A DNA stretch of 63,379 bases, counting the filler, from Nemertoderma westbladi (taxonomy: Eukaryota; Animalia; Xenacoelomorpha), in NCBI GenBank assembly GCA_032718475.1. It is 4 parts of 4 records of this genome, joined end to end, with 100 filler letters (N's around TTAATTAATTAA, not from the genome) between each part and the next. Parts side by side here need not be neighbours in the genome. Positions count along the whole stretch, not along the records: positions 57,186 to 63,379 come from JAUCBJ010001724.1; 3 more parts are not named here. One strand, written 5' to 3'. The translations under genes were made by a program, and so were the position numbers. Below are positions 62,325 to 63,379 of the stretch, in pieces (within the stretch, counting starts at the first letter, position 1; each line of letters opens with the position of its first letter). Under the pieces are notes generated by a model, which worked only from the letters and a program-made list of their open reading frames with translations, did not search any database and was not told the DNA's origin.

Positions 62325-63379
62325 ATTTAAAGCATAAAGCAGTACCTTAAGACCTGTGTGCCTGTAGGCAGGCGGAGGAAGAATGTACCAGCGAGGACAG
62401 CGACCAGGTCAGCAGGTGCGCCACGCCAAGCAGCCAAGATACGGTATCAGGCTACGGTTTTGGTTTGTTCCTATGTTGTTTTAGTGTTGGCTTTGGCTAC
62501 GACTTACACCTTTCAGTAAGCATATAACCTGACTGCCTGATAAGGGCAAAGGCTGAACCTGAAAGGACTGAAGCCTAAACTCTACGACAAACATTTGGTT
62601 TTGTCTTTGTCATCAAGAAAGGTTTACAGAGTTACGCAATGCACCGGCTGACCGATAAGTGTAACATATATTACAGAGGTACGCCAGTACCGGTACATAA
62701 CCAGTATCATTAGCTAGGCTATTCAGCACTGCAGCGGCACACTATCCGACTGTGTACGGAGTAAGACTCCGATTGCTTGATTGTTAGTAGGCTGCCACAG
62801 TTTTAGAAGTTGTTTCACTATTGGCAGATTAAAGCTACCGGCACGTCTCACCGACTTACTATATTTTAATAATTATAACGAACCTGCCTATTAATAGGCC
62901 AGGGCAGCTCTTGTCAAGAGTTGAGCCGTTCAAAACACGATGTGGTTGTGTGTAATGTGTATAACCATCCAATATCTCAAAGGTACGCAAAAATTTATTA
63001 ACAAACTCTACATAGATTTTGGTTGTGCACAATACTATATTTTTTGTGGCGTTTCGATCACGGGGTCACTGAAAAATAGCGGTTTTGAAAATTTAAAGTC
63101 GAGTTTCACCGATTTCCAGTCGTCGCGTATGCACCAACTTTTTTAGCCCTTTCCGCCCTATGGCATATTTGGTATGCCTTGCGTTAAGGAACTGTGACAT
63201 ACTTGGTATGTCAAATTCTGTACTTTATTCTACTAACGCCTCAGGATATCAGTGCAGTCCCAGGACAGTTTTCTATGGCTCCAGTGCCCTATGTTGACCA
63301 TATGTAGGCGGGAAATTTGAATTTATAGGAACTGTATATCAAATGTTTGATGTAGGTTAATAAGTAGGTACCGGTCTGC

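Overview
AT-rich, repeat-dense genomic DNA from an invertebrate animal, in four segments joined by artificial 100-nt N/TTAATTAATTAA spacers. Host genes: an intronless SLC18B1-like MFS transporter; TGS1 (five exons reconstructed, last exon not found); the 3' exons of an ANKDD1-type ankyrin/death-domain gene; and PAF1 (two exons, 460 aa). The 12.5-kb third intron of TGS1 holds two complete intronless genes: BBS2 (antisense) and a threonine-dehydratase-fold protein that has lost its PLP-binding lysine and phosphate loop. The rest is transposon-derived: BEL/Pao and Gypsy relics, a Penelope > RTE > LINE triple nest, a CR1-like relic, a full-length but disabled CRE-clade retrotransposon, SINEs and many MITE/foldback elements. 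The most unusual signals are two very long target-site duplications made by two unrelated non-LTR retrotransposons (261 bp and 124 bp), and the nested, open-frame dehydratase pseudoenzyme. All family assignments come from recognising motifs by eye; no database search was run.
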